From Octopus bimaculoides (lineage: Eukaryota), in the NCBI RefSeq assembly GCF_001194135.2, contig NC_068983.1, positions 149,625,706 to 149,689,705 of the forward strand: a DNA stretch of 64,000 bases, given 5' to 3'. The stretch's first letter is position 1. Each line of letters begins with the position of its first letter. Under the pieces are notes generated by a model, which searched no databases, was not told the DNA's origin, and was given only the letters and a program-made list of their open reading frames with translations. Shown one piece after another: positions 26,901 through 39,214 of the stretch. The translations under genes were made by a program, and so were the position numbers.

Positions 26901-29900
26901 ATTTCTAATAAGAATTTTGATGCTCGCAACATTAAATATGTTAACAGTGATTTAATTGTTGCTTCCTCATGTAGATTATGTATATGACAATTCTTCCTAA
27001 ATTACATTTCTTTAGAAATTTTGAATTCTGGAGCCAAAATTTAATAAGTGTTCCTGATGAATACCCATGAAAGAATTTCTTGTGCTATACCTATGACATA
27101 ACTTTGGTTCAGAGTTGCAAACTATCAAAATGCTTATCTGTCCATACAACTGCAGCTGCTTACAATCACAAAATAAATCTTCAAGGCATCTGTTGAGATC
27201 TTGAGCCAATGAAAAAGCCTCTACACAGTCATGTGACCTGTGTGATAACGAGAAAGATTTAGCTGCTATAAATAACTGCCAAATCACTCTTAAATTACAT
27301 CCTTCTATAGTAAAAATGGATGAAATAGTGTATAACATTGTCTTAGGTATCCAAAATACAGGCTGACCTGTAATTTTGATCATAAATCTGCTCAATCAGG
27401 GCTAACTTAGGGCTAAACAACATCATCATCATCTCTCTTTCCTCTTCTCTCATATCTACCCTGCCCCTACTATATATTAGTCACACTTTTTCTAAGGCAG
27501 TTATTTGGTAGAATTAGTAAAGTGTCAGTTAGAATACTTTGCAGCATTTACTGCAGGTTTCTGTACTCTGACTTGAAAATCATGCCTTTTGTCCTTTCTA
27601 GCTTGATAAATAAAGTACCAGAATTGTTAGAATTTCAAACAAGATGCCTTGCAGTATTTGTTCCAGCTTCATGTGTTCTGAATTCAATATCTGAGAAAGG
27701 AGCCAATGGCCCGTGAGGGGAGGTATGCTTAAAACCAATATGAATAAGTCCACAACATCATGGTGAGGTTTCAATCCAACAATGAAATGACAACATGGAC
27801 CTATTGTGAATAAATAAAAAGTTTCAAATACAAATATTGGTTTCAAGTTTGGGCACAGGGCTAGCAATTTCGTGGAATGGGTAAGTCGATTATACTATCC
27901 CCAGTATTCAACTGGTACTTTATTTTAGTGATTCTGAAAGGATGAAAGGCAAAGTTGACCCCTGGCCACATTTGAACTCAGAAGATAAAATCAAATGAAA
28001 TACTGCTAAACATTTTGCTTAGTGGATGAACAATTCTGTCAGCTTGCCACTTTGTTTAAAACATAGTATTACTTTCAATAACCTTTTAGCATAAGCAGAA
28101 CCCCCCCCCCCCCAAAAAAAAAAACAGCCTGCTTTTTCATTTTCTTTCTGTTTAGCTTTCTCAATAAACAAGGAATACATTAAATGTTAATTATTGAAGT
28201 TAACATACCAAGAAATACAGTGGCTAAACAAGTAAAAGCAAATGACTGGCACCCGTGCCAGTGGAGCGCTAACAGCATTGTCTGAGTGTGATCATTGCCA
28301 GAGCAGCTGTCTGGCTTCCGTGCTGGTGGCATGTAAATAGCACCATTTGAGCGTGATTGTTACTAGCGTCACCTTACTGGCACATGAAAAAACATTCGTG
28401 CGAGGTCATTGCCAGTGCCGCTGGACTGGCTCCTGTGCAGGTGACACGTAAAAAACACCATTTGAGCATGGCCATTGCCAGTACCGCCTGACTGGCCCTC
28501 GTGCCAGTAGCATGTAAAAGCACTCACTACACTCTTGGAGTGGTTGGTGTTAGGAAGGGCATCCAGCTGTAGAAACTCTGCAAGATCAGATTGGAGCCTG
28601 GTGCAGCCATCTGGCTCGCCAGTCCTCAGTCAAATCATCCAACCCATGCTAACATGGAAAGCGGACGTTAAACGATGATGATGAAGATGATGATGGCTGT
28701 GTGGTTAAGAAGCTCACTTTGCAGGGTTAACCAATGTTTTGTGGTCAAATATGATATATGGAACTCTGAATCCTGACACATACACACACACATGTATGTA
28801 TGTACACACAAAGGGGTGCCAAAAAGTTCATGTCCTTAAGGATATCACAAAAGGCCTGGTTGGAAGCCCAACTTTCTGAGTACTTTTACATGGCTTAGAA
28901 AAACTGAAGGACTACTGCAGTAAGTGTGTGAATTAGAGAGGGGAGTATGTTGAATAAAATCATAATTAATTGATCTTCCGGTGTTTTCCTTTACCCAAAG
29001 TGAGGAACTTTTCAGTAACACCTCATATGAGTAAATATGTGTGTATCTTTATGTTTGTGCTTGTAACCTCTCCACCTACACTTAACAATGGAGTTACTTT
29101 GTTTACATCCCCCTAATGAGGCAAGTGAAATCGAAGTCGAATTCGAAACCGAACCAAATTCGACAACTGGCACCCATGCCAACCTCTCCTTCATTGGACA
29201 CTAACCTCTGCTTGCGAAGACCTGTTGGGGCAAGTGAAATTGAAATTGAACCAAAGTCGATGAGTGGCACCTGTGCCAGTGGAGCGCTAACAGCTCCATC
29301 CAAGCAGGATCACTGCCAGAGCAGCTGTCTGGTTTCCGTGCCGGTGGCATGTAAAAAGCACCATTTGAGCATGCTCTTTACCAGCATCACCTTATTGGCA
29401 CTTGTGCTAGTGGCACGTGAACAAAACATTCGAGCAAGGTCGTTGCCAGTGCCGCTGGACTGACTCCTGTGCAGGTGGCACGTAAAAGCACCCACTATAC
29501 TTTCAGAGTAGTTGGCGTAAGGAAGGGCATCCAGCTGTAGAAACTCTGCCAGATCAGATTGGAGCCTGGTGCAGCCATCTGGTTCGCCAGTCCTCAGTCA
29601 AATTGTTCAACCCATACTAGCATGGAAAGCGGACGTTAAACGATGATATAAATTAGTGGTTCAATGAAAAAGATCAACAGAATAAAACCCTTCAAGGCAG
29701 CACCCCAACAAGGCTGCAGTCCAAGAAGTGAAATCAAGTAAAAGATAAAATATATTCAGACAATAAAAAACAAACACAAATCATAAGACTATAACTTACC
29801 AGCAAACCTGCAATAATACCAATTCCATAACAATTCAATTTACCAAAATATATAGCACCATCACCAAACTCTTTGAGAGGGATAACAACCACTTCAGCAA

Positions 29901-32900
29901 TGCCTAAAAAGGAAAACAATATGAACACTACTTGAAATTTCTATGTTCAATGGAAATTAAACAGAAATGTTATTTATCTTTCAAGTAGTAATCATGATCA
30001 CTTAAATAGTTGTTGCAAGAAAGGCTAAAATTTTTGACACCAACCCACTTGAGACTACCTCTAATTACTATATAAAAAAAAATTTAGTTATGTTTTACAA
30101 AATCTTTCCAAATTTCATGTTGGGGAACAAAAAAATAGTCAGATGGTGCCAAATCAGGAAAATATGGAGGGTGATCAACCAGTTCAAAGCCACAGTCATG
30201 CACAGTAGCCATTGCAACCACAGACTTGTGTGCGGGAGCATTGTCTTGGTGAAGCAGGACATCCTTTGTCAGATTTCCATGCTGTTTTGACTTGATTGCC
30301 TTTCGCAGCTGTCTCAGCAAGTTGGAATAGTCTCTTCCATTGATAGCATGACATTTCTGAAGGTAGACAATGAACACAATTCCCTTTGCATCCCAGAAGA
30401 TGGAGGCCATCACCTTCCCTACTGATGACACCACCTTGGCCTTCTTTGATGGGGAAGAAGAGGGATGTTTCCACTGCATGGACTGCCATTTGGCCTCTGG
30501 CTCAACATTCATTTTAGGTGAGGAAATGTTCAAGAAAACCAGCTGGATTTGTTTCAAAAAGTTCCAAGTTCACCTGCAACATGACCAGCCTGGTGTGCTT
30601 TTGATCAGGTGTCAAAAGTCATGGCACCCACCAAGCAGAAACATTCGAGCTGAGTATTCTGTTGTTGCTGGGCAATTTTCACAATTGAATGCTTTGGCAG
30701 ACTTTTGGACTAGCACACACAAGTTGGATTTTCTGTTTCGACAAAAATTTTTCAAATTCTTTTTTTCACCAAACCCTTGCATATGATGGGGAGAAGATTT
30801 TCATGTAAAGATATTTTTAGAAAAGTTATGAACCCCACCTACCACTTACAGACTGATTTTGACCAATTCTTTTTTTTGCACTACATACTTAAAAACAATT
30901 GGAGAATCTTGTCGGTTAAAAAAAATTCTTTAAATTGGCGATCACCATTACAATCCCCATTGCCTTTATTTTCAAATCAAAAATGAAACATAATTTAGAA
31001 ACAATAGCGAAACTTTTTTTTTCATTAATCCCCTCTCCCACCAAATTATTTTTTAACAATAGTTTTAAAATACAGACAGTCCAAATGTACAATTTGTTTC
31101 TGTTCATAATTTTTAAATAGTTTTCGGACAAAAAATGTGTGATTTAAGGGGGATCTAGCTGTTGTTTCTAGCACATCCAACAACCACCTGATATCTTCCT
31201 TGTTTCTTTATCACTCTGACATATATTGATGCTTTTCAATATTTTTCTCCCCATAAACACATTTTATGGAATGACGATGTGGAAGTAACAGTCTTGTTTA
31301 GATCAAGGTCGATCCATTGCTGGGTTTTAAGCAACATCAAAAAAAAATTTGTAATTTAAATTTTTAACCCCCACTCTACACCAAGCAAGTGATAGACAAA
31401 TAGGGAGAGAGAGGTCTTTTCTGTTGCTGTCATAGATAGAATTTTAAAATTAAATGAAAATTGTAAAATTTGGTATATTGGTGTGCTTTTTCACACTGAA
31501 TCTAATTTTGTGATTCATTTATTCTAGAACATTCAAGAAAAATGCTACAGACGTTTAAAGTTTGATCACTTTTACCCAATCAGAAAACACAATTTAAAAG
31601 CTAGCATTTTGTGCATAATAGTTGTGTATCAAAATTAAAGTAAACATTACAAGATGAAGTTTTAAGCAAAATGAAAGCAACCATACAGAGAGTGATAAAG
31701 TGTAGTAAATATATAGAGAGAGGGTAAGGTGTAAAAGAGAGAGAGAGTCTGATGATGACAAATAGAGTAGGAGATTTGTTGATCCAAAAGTTGAGTTATT
31801 TCTCATAACAAATCATATTTTTTTTATTATTATTTACTGACAACTTTTTCTTTGGGTCACACATTTCAAAAACCAAATTCTTTTTTTCTTGGGAATGCAC
31901 TGATTCAGACCCTTTCAGGACTAAACACACATACATAACCACATACACTTTCATTTATTTATATCCCCTCTCTCTCTTTCGGAGAGGCACAAGCACATAC
32001 AGACATATACACACATGGCAGTAACTTCCGCCTACCAAATTCAAACACAAAGCTTCGTCAGCCCGGGGCTATAGCAGAAGACACTTGCCCAAGGTGCCAC
32101 GCGGTGGGATTAAACCTGAAACCATGTAGCTGGGAAGCAAGCTTCCTAACCACACAGCCATGCCCGCACCTACATATATATATATACACATATATATATA
32201 TATATATATATATANNNNNNNNNNNNNNNNNNNNNNNNNNNNNNNNNNNNNNNNNNNNNNNNNNNNNNNNNNNNNNNNNNNNNNNNNNNNNNNNNNNNNN
32301 NNNNNNNNNNNNNNNNNNNNNNNNNNNNNNNNNNNNNNNNNNNNNNNNNNNNNNNCATGTGTGTGTGCACTCCTCTTGACATTATGCAAATTATTGTAAA
32401 TGTGCATCACCATCTTACAAGCAATATTGTTAATTTCCAGTCTCCCATGAAAAACATGTCTGACTATGGGGAAATGTTATCTTGCTTCAAAAAAGGTAAG
32501 GATTGGTGTACCCAGCCATTGAAAATCTGCCTAACCCATGCAAACATGGAAAAGTGGACATTAAATGATGAGGATGGTTTTTTTTTGTAGCTCTTACAAG
32601 ACACCCAAAATGAAAGTGTAGCCAAATGGATGTAAAAGATAGCCAATACAAAATGAATTCAATCATCAGCTACTCTCACAAACATATATAATCATAATTT
32701 TAAAATGACATTTTATGTGGTTTAACCTAGTGTGTCTGTGTATGTGGCAGCAATGTACATTTGAAGAATGGTTAGATATCACCACCTCCTCCAAAACAAG
32801 TTACAAGTTGTCAAATTCTACTAAAACATACAACAGGATACGATGTATTTGATTTTAAACTAGATCTTGCTAGTTCCAGTAATTTTAGATACTATCAAAA

Positions 32901-35900
32901 CAAAACTGAAACTAAGTACAATGTTTTCTGAAGAAATCCTAATAATAGTCAACTGTGATAGCATAGTTTTTAGTTTAGACTCTACTCAAGCTGTAACAGT
33001 CTACTAGACTTTGGTACTAGCTTGCATGACATCAGCAATATAATTGTTTAGTAATTAAAGCAACCAAATTTAGCTGCTAAAAATAGCTTTGAATGATAAG
33101 AAAATGCTCATATTTAACCTTTATAAAATAATACAAGATACAAGAAATTCTCTATCCTCTCTAGTGTCATGAAAAAATGAACACAGTTTTTGCTGTGAAA
33201 TGACTGGTGTTAGGAAGGGCACCCAGTGGTAAAACCCATGTAAAAACTGAAGTAAGAATGAAGGTGATATAAATTTTGTAAACTAGGCATTAGGAAGGGT
33301 ATCCACCTGTAGAATCCATGCCAAGTAGACAGCAGAGTTTGGTGCTGTCTTCTGACTTGCTGGTTTTTGTCAAACCATCCAACTCATGCCAGTATGGGAA
33401 ACAGACATCATGATGATGATGACAGATATAACAACTGTTACAGTAGAAGGAACTCTTTAGATCTGCCAGTAAGTCTTTCTACAGAGATGGCATGATAAAA
33501 ACATTCAGTCTATGCTATAATGTGGTTGGTATTAGGAAGGATATTTGGCTGACATAAACTGTACAAAAATAAACTAAAAAAAAATGAAGGCAACTTAGGC
33601 CCTTTGAGCCACAATACCGAAGATAACCCATCTAGAAGAGCAATAGTTTAGGCAACCTGTTTACTGCTAGTCACACCATTTAAAATCTGCTTTCCATGCT
33701 GGCATGGGTTGGACAATCTAACAGGAGCTGTCCAGCTGTCCAGGTTCCAATTGTTTTGGCATGGTTTCTATGACTGGATACCCTTCCTAAAGCCAACCAT
33801 TTTACATAGTGTACTGGTTGCTTTTACATGGCACTGGCATGGGTGCTTTCTATGTGATGCCAGCTTTTTATGTGGTGCCAGCACAAGTGCTTTTCACATG
33901 GTGCTGGCATGGGTTCTAAAGGACCTGTCTGTATGTATGGATGACCACAGTTTTACTTAGCTTGAAGTATCTTCTCAAGGACAGAATATTGTCAGAAGTC
34001 TCAGTCTCTTGTCATCTCCTCAGTGAGGCCTAACATCTGAAGATCCCTTCTCAGCACCTTGTCTTCCGGTTTCTACCCCTTCCACAGGTTCCCTCCACAA
34101 TTAGAGATCAGCAATTTTTTATGCAGCTATCCTCATCCATATGCATCACATGACCATACCAGCACAATCTTCTCTCTTGCACACAATATCTGATGTCTCT
34201 TAAATCACTTACACTCTCTTATACATACACACTGATATTACCCATCCAGCAGAGCATACCGGCTTTATTTCTTTCAAGCCTTCACAAGTCCTCTATAGTC
34301 ATAACCCATGTTTCACTGCCACACAGCATAGCTATATGTACATAGGCATCATGCAATCTGCCTTTCGCTTTAAGGGTGAGGCCCTTTGTCAACAACAGAG
34401 GAATAGCTCTTGGCTACTGGGCAGCCAGTCTTGAATTCCTGTTATTGCCTGAAGGATTATGATAAACAAGAGTGTGGTGAGGATTCATCTTTGGTGAACT
34501 CCTACTTGTACACTAAATTCATTGCTATACTCATTGCCAACCCTCACCTTACTGACAACATCCCTGAACATGACTTGTACAGTTCTCACTAACCACTCAC
34601 CTATCACTAGCTTCCACATTGATCACCAGATAAAAGAGCAGGTGAACCTGTCAAAGGCTTATACTGGTGACTAAATAAAATGCACCTGGTCCCTGCTATA
34701 AAGTGATTGAAGGGCATCCAATTGTAAAAACAATGCCAAGAAACAAAACTAAACATACCATATATAACAACAAAGATTTGTAGTGTTTTTTGTTATTGCA
34801 CACATTAGATGAAGGGCCATGCACCAGAGATCAGGTTTTTCTTAATTTTGTACTTTTCTTGTATATATATCATCAACATCACTTTTGTGTCTGCATTCCA
34901 TGCTGGCACGAACTGGATGGATTGTCATGGTTGGAGTCAGCATTTACTCGGGAGTACTGCTAACATAGATGTGTTGGCAGAACTTATTTAGCTCAAGTTT
35001 TGTTGTTGACTTGGTTTCTATAGTTGGATGTCCATCCTAACATTGACCACTTTACAGAGCGTAACGAGTGCCTTTTCATGGCACCAGCATTAGAGAGGTG
35101 TAATGTTCTTAGTAAGACTAAAGGGTCTTCACGACCTCACACGTTACATAATGTTTGGATTAGTACTTGTTTACTGACCCCCAAAAGGATGAAAGGCAAA
35201 GTTCACCTTAATGAGAGTTGGACTCATAGCACAGGGAGTCAGAACAAATATGGTGAGGTTTTTGTCAGGTGCTTTGACAAATGAGAATTTGACACCATCA
35301 TGAATGGCAATGTTGACATAAATAGGATCTCAATTCAGAATTGCTACCTACCATCTTCAACAATGACAACAATAATAATCGGAAGGAAAATAATTTTGAG
35401 AGACGTATCATAACAGGGATGAAGGGATGAGGAAAGACGGGAAATGGTGCAACAAGTGGCTTTAGCTGGGTCATAAGGGACTGTTTTAATAGTAGAAAAG
35501 GTAGAAAGAGGACACAGCTTGATGCTGAATCACTGAAGATTGATCTTTCCGGTGACTGAGTTTGTCTTAAATGTGCTTGTGTTCCACTGTTCCAGAATGT
35601 GATCAGTGTTCTAGAGTAGGGTGGCTCCAAAGAGGACACCCAGCTTCTGTGAAACAGGATTGGTTATATGAAGAATGATTATTAGAGATTGTAAGAAATA
35701 TGATCAGAAGAATAAAGCAAAGTAAAGAGGGAAATTAAGTTTTAAGAGAAACACTAATGATATAATTATATTGAATTGTTCTGAGTGTTTCTTTTATACA
35801 AACATTTAATCATATACAAGTTCTGAAAACAATTTAATCTAATTATAAGGTTTATGTATTAAAATTAAGCTTCAATGGACATGTAAATAACTTATATAAC

Positions 35901-36268
35901 CTACACATTAGAGAAATATAAATGATCTCTAAAACATATAAAGCAAATATTCATTTTTCTGTTTCTGTGTAATATCAGTAATTTTCTTTTGTAGCCACAT
36001 TTAAGGATAAAAGCATGTATACATAAAATATAAAAAGCAAAGTCAACATACCAATTAAAGAGGTAATAACACCTAATGTTATCTGGGTAATTCCTATTAG
36101 TTTGGGCCATGGTTGCTGCCAAATTTTGGTTTCATCTGAAACCATGTTAGGATGGATCTGTTTGTCATATTGGATGTAGTTGTTTGGCTGGAAATTCACG
36201 ACAGTTATTCGAGAGCTGCTTTCTGTAGAGATGTCATCATTTTGCAGCTGGTATTGAAATGATTCCAT
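19415..36268 (-). CDS. MS4A/CD20-like four-transmembrane protein, spliced CDS complement(join(19415..19483,20635..20811,21615..21725,26659..26715,29800..29903,36052..36268)), 244 aa
   Basis: Six exons join in frame (phases 1,0,0,0,0) with canonical splice sites. ATG is in a strong Kozak context (CCCACCATGG). Four hydrophobic helices: PKLIGITQITLGVITSLIGIAEVVVIPL; CYGIGIIAGLLLVITGSTAIRA; FLNLTILTLILYAFFTVLLIVGY; HIFLTVSCILGLLFTLAAFIQYA. The TM1 PK..G..QI..G and TM2 G.GI.AG...ITG..AI patterns resemble the CD20/MS4A family. C-terminal CPCC cluster. Confidence 0.8.
20225..20422. mobile_element. piggyBac-type MITE
   Basis: TTAA|CCCTTTAGCATT ... AATGCTAAAGGG|TTAA: terminal inverted repeats with CCC/GGG ends and a TTAA target duplication (20225-28 and 20419-22). 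Confidence 0.85.
20635..20811 (-). CDS. MS4A-like coding exon 5
   Basis: GTCCTTTCTTTTAAG acceptor; encodes EKSSMYGTHIFLTVSCILG...CPCCLQLLDK; donor AAG|GTAAGG. Confidence 0.82.
21615..21725 (-). CDS. MS4A-like coding exon 4
   Basis: TTTTTTCAACTTCCTAG acceptor; encodes VSRFLNLTILTLILYAFFTVLLIVGYNLKWTTKSSYP; donor CCT|GTAAGT. Confidence 0.83.
23000..23870 (-). mobile_element. RTE remnants: old RT-tail fragment plus a younger 3' UTR copy (23535-23870)
   Basis: The 23535-23730 segment is nearly identical to 7065-7267 and 53380-53560. Confidence 0.75.
23919..23953. repeat. (TAA)n microsatellite
   Basis: About 12 TAA units. Confidence 0.95.
24830..25550 (-). mobile_element. RTE 3' region with internally repeated GGCAACGATC/ACGCTCGAATGG units
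   Basis: RTE 3' UTR tail at 24830 and RT C-terminal remnant (GGTAGACCCAGGAAAACCTGGGATGAGG on -) near 25500. Confidence 0.75.
26659..26715 (-). CDS. MS4A-like coding exon 3
   Basis: TTTTCTTTCCCTATCTAG acceptor; encodes LVITGSTAIRASISQRLTT; donor ACA|GTAAGT. Confidence 0.82.
28240..28690 (+). mobile_element. RTE 3' UTR copy with (GAT)n tail
   Basis: GGCACCCGTGCCAGTGGAGCG...CCAACCCATGCTAACATGGAAAGCGGACGTTAAACGATGATG. Confidence 0.8.
28808..29028. mobile_element. mariner-derived MITE (degenerate)
   Basis: Ends CAAAGGGGTGCCAAAAAGTTC ... GGAACTTTTCAGTAACACCTCATA are imperfect inverted repeats of mariner type. Confidence 0.5.
29120..29645 (+). mobile_element. RTE 3' region copy
   Basis: Same 3' UTR family as 28240-28690, ending GCGGACGTTAAACGATGAT. 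Confidence 0.75.
29800..29903 (-). CDS. MS4A-like coding exon 2
   Basis: TTTTCCTTTTTAG acceptor; encodes (G)IAEVVVIPLKEFGDGAIYFGKLNCYGIGIIAGLL; donor CTG|GTAAGT. Confidence 0.85.
30084..30645 (-). mobile_element. mariner (DD34D) transposase pseudogene fragment
   Basis: WVP*LLT near 30630; EPEAKWQSMQW, KVMASIFWDAKG, LLHQDNAPAH and HPPYFPDLAPSDY motifs. Confidence 0.9.
31960..32214 (-). mobile_element. Octopus-type SINE 5' part with (TA)n
   Basis: Reverse complement of GGCATGGCTGTGTGGTTAGGAAGCTTGCTTCCCAGCTACATGG...GGCACCTTGGGCAAGTGTCTTCTGCTATAGCC. Confidence 0.75.
32215..32355. other. Assembly gap (N run)
   Basis: 141 N bases inside a (TA)n tract. Confidence 1.
33680..34400 (-). mobile_element. 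Degenerate RTE 3' fragment
   Basis: RTE 3' UTR plus RT-tail remnants (CCACAGGTTCCCTCCAC; GCACAATCTTCTCTCTTGCAC). Confidence 0.65.
36052..36268 (-). CDS. MS4A-like coding exon 1
   Basis: Acceptor TTGCTTACAG (exon starts at 36306), ATG at 36268, donor TTG|GTATGT after 36052. Confidence 0.82.
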
Positions 36269-36460
36269 GGTGGGATTGAAAAGGTAGCTATTTGGTGCTT
36301 CTTGAACTGTAAGCAAATACAATATTTAAACAAACAAAGAAATGGGAATTGGAAATAAAATTTAGTATCAAATTCAAAATGATGAGTCCCATAGTCCATT
36401 ATAGGGGCATCACTGGAACCTTAATCTTTATGCAGACAAACTACACTTAACAAAGCTTAC

Positions 36461-36990
36461 CTGTTTCTAATAAATATTTACAAGAATAAGACTTAAAATA
36501 AGACAACACTTCAAGCTAACCAAAACATTTCTAAGTTTATAGTTTCCAGTGCTTACTGAAGCAAGGTGTACTTCTATATGGTACCTACTTACAGCTAAGT
36601 AGACTAAGCCATTGAAAGTGAAGTGCTTTGACAACTGGTGATATTGTATGAACTACTCATTCCTTTGTTGATAGACTGGCACCTTCTTATCTGTACATTT
36701 ACAATTGTCAAAAACAAAATGCCAATATTTAAAACAATAGACCAATCTTCTGAACTAGCTATTTGCATATCAGTTCTGTCCAACCTGGGTAACACAACCC
36801 CCTTTTCTCCTTCCCTCAGCCCCACACTAACTATTTTGACCAGTTCCTCCTTGCAAAGTAACAATTCTCTGGAATTTTATTCCTTCCCTTGTTTTTTTTC
36901 CATCAAACATCGACTTACCGATGTTTAAACTGAACATTAACCAAATCAATCTTGTGAGACTGTAGTGACACCTATAGCAGACGACTGTTA
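36461..36990 (-). other. Probable 5' UTR exon(s) of the MS4A-like gene
   Basis: Strong - strand donors at 36919 (TCG|GTAAGT) and 36461 (CAG|GTAAGC) lie between the promoter and the coding-exon acceptor at 36306. Exon starts are uncertain. Confidence 0.4.
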
Positions 36991-37009
36991 TATGTTCAAT
37001 GTCCGGAGT

Positions 37010-37080
37010 TTTATCCACGCATGCGCAGGGACTAGTTCCGGAAGGAATACAGGAAGAGTCTCATGCGCATGCGTAGAGTT
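37010..37080. promoter_or_regulatory. CpG-rich promoter upstream of the MS4A-like gene with two NRF1-like sites and an ETS site
   Basis: TGCGCATGCGT at 37027-37017 (-) and 37064-37074 (+) flank the palindromic TTCCGGAA at 37036-37043. Local CpG enrichment. A - strand donor CG|GTAAGT lies at 36919/36918. Confidence 0.6.
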
Positions 37081-38417
37081 CGACACCCAGCTTTGGCGCC
37101 TTTTCTCAGTCTCTTCGTTGACTGATCTCCGTCGAGCTAAGACGTCCAACAGAGCTCTCTCACATGTCAGCACCAGAGCTTCACAAATAACCACGGAAAT
37201 CATTCAGAAGGCGTCTCAGTAACCGAGGGCGACGAGCTACCGAATTCCCTCCAAGCGTGAACTGAATTCCACTGTAAATAAATATTGTTATGTTGTTCAG
37301 AATCTGCGTTCCATTGTTTCTTCTAGAAATTTAATGTACGGAAGCAGTGTACACCTAATGGTGTATAACCACATCCCTACAAGACTTAAGTGACGCTGCA
37401 ACAGTCATGAACATTTCTCCCTCCCCTTTGACTGAACTAAAAATTGAAATAAACATATCAACTCTCTATATCTCTGTATTAAATCCCTTACTTTGGTCAT
37501 CTCCATTTGGCCACTTTGATTGCAATCATCACCTCTCTGGCTTAGCTGCTAATTGGACGAAACATCCTATACAACTAAATGTTGCATACACAAATCAACC
37601 ATGTGTCTGATCTCTTCACAAATTATCAAGGAATTTTTTACACGGTCACCCAACCTGCTAGAAATAAATAACAGTCAAATTCCTTTAAAAAAGGCCTCAT
37701 TAGATAATGCAATCTTAGATCACTGGCTGAAAATAAGTTGGGTTGGTCATAGGTGGAGTGTAAAGACATATTTGATCAAAGCTGACCTGGAGCTAAACAA
37801 CAGGAATAAAAAAAAATTATTAAAAAAATATAAAACTACAACATGGTAAATCTAGAGTGCTGGATTTGAAGTTAAATTACCAAGGCTTCAGTTAGCAACT
37901 TGAACATAGCAGAGATGACAGGAGATATTCAACAAAAATAGTGACAAGTCAATGAAGAGGCCTATACATGATCACTTGAATTACTAGAATCAGCAGCTAA
38001 ATCTCCTTCATAATACACCTTACTGTCTTAAAAAAAAGTGAAGAACATGATGGATACTATAGTTCTAGATACACAATATCTCAGAAAAAAGAAAAGGAGA
38101 TGGCCAGGGCTGGAATAACTTTGATCATAAGTCTAGTCGATCAGGATCCAACAATAATCAGACACTCAGTCTCAAAGCATGAACTCTATAACAACTCAAC
38201 TGTTAATTAAAACAAGTAGCTTAAAGTGTTTTAAATGTTGCAAATGGTAAGGACAGTGGAAATTATGCACTGCAGAAAAAACCAAGGAAGGGACGAAGTC
38301 AGAATTGAGGATGGTGGTCCCTAAAGCTGAGATGGTATGTTTTGTAGCGTGGAGGCAAGTGACAATTTGTTGTACTGCAAACCTAAGCCAGCATGGAAAA
38401 GTAGATAAAAAAGACAA

Positions 38418-38572
38418 GTGGCTGTGTGGTAAGTAGCTTCCTTACCAACCACATGGTTCTGGGTTCAGTCCCACTGCGTGGTACCTTGGGCAAGTGTCTT
38501 CTACTATAGCCTCGGGCCGACCAAAGCCTTGTGAGTGGATTTGGTAGACGGAAACTGAAAGAAGCCCATCGT

Positions 38573-38618
<46 letters not shown>

Positions 38619-38840
38619 GTGTGTATATGTTTGTGTGTCTGTGTTTGTGCCCCCAGCATCGCTTGACAACTGATGGTGGTGTGTTTACGTCCCTGTAACT
38701 TAGCGGTTCGGCAAAAGAGACCAATAGAATAAGTACTAGGCTTCCAAAGAATAAGTCCTGGGGTTGATTTGCTCGACTAAAAAAGTGGTGCTCCAGCATG
38801 GCCGCAGTCGAATGACTGAAACAAGTAAAAGAGTAAAAGA
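38418..38840 (+). mobile_element. Full-length Octopus-type tRNA-derived SINE
   Basis: TGGCTGTGTGGTAAG A-box and GGTTCAGTCCC B-box head, central (TA)/(TG) microsatellite, tail GGTGCTCCAGCATGGCCGCAGTC...GAAACAAGTAAAAGAGTAAAAGAG. Confidence 0.85.
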
Positions 38841-39214
38841 GGTAGATGATACTGTTTTCTAAAACTTGTTCTCACAAAATTATTTCTCATACATCAATAA
38901 GGGCCGGGTTACAGGAGCTGAAGAGGACATTAAGTAATAAAAAAAAATTTTTTAATGTTAAAGGATTTTTCAATCCTTAATATTTGTTTCAGGAGTCCAT
39001 GATTTTAATCAATAAACAAACCCATGAGGTTATTAGGAAAAAAAGTTCATTTGTTAATAAAGCCAGTCCCAGAGTACAGAGCAACTACAACCACTTTATT
39101 TTTTCCACAAGAGGCAACTCAAGGGCCAAATAGCGTTGTTACTCAATAAATCTGGTGGAAGCAAGTCAGATATGAGGTACAAAGTAATGTAATGTTTAAT
39201 GCAAGTTTAATGTG

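Noticed and set aside
27598-27867. - strand ORF with an acceptor-like site inside the MS4A-like gene
   Set aside because: The phase is incompatible with the flanking exons (phase 0 gives a stop), and exons 2 and 3 join cleanly without it.
35320-35650. Exon-like segment (acceptor and donor) in MS4A-like intron 1, including the 113-aa ORF
   Set aside because: It adds stop codons to the gene model. One frame resembles a decayed CR1-type LINE linker (DPAKAT...), so it is most likely an old retroelement.
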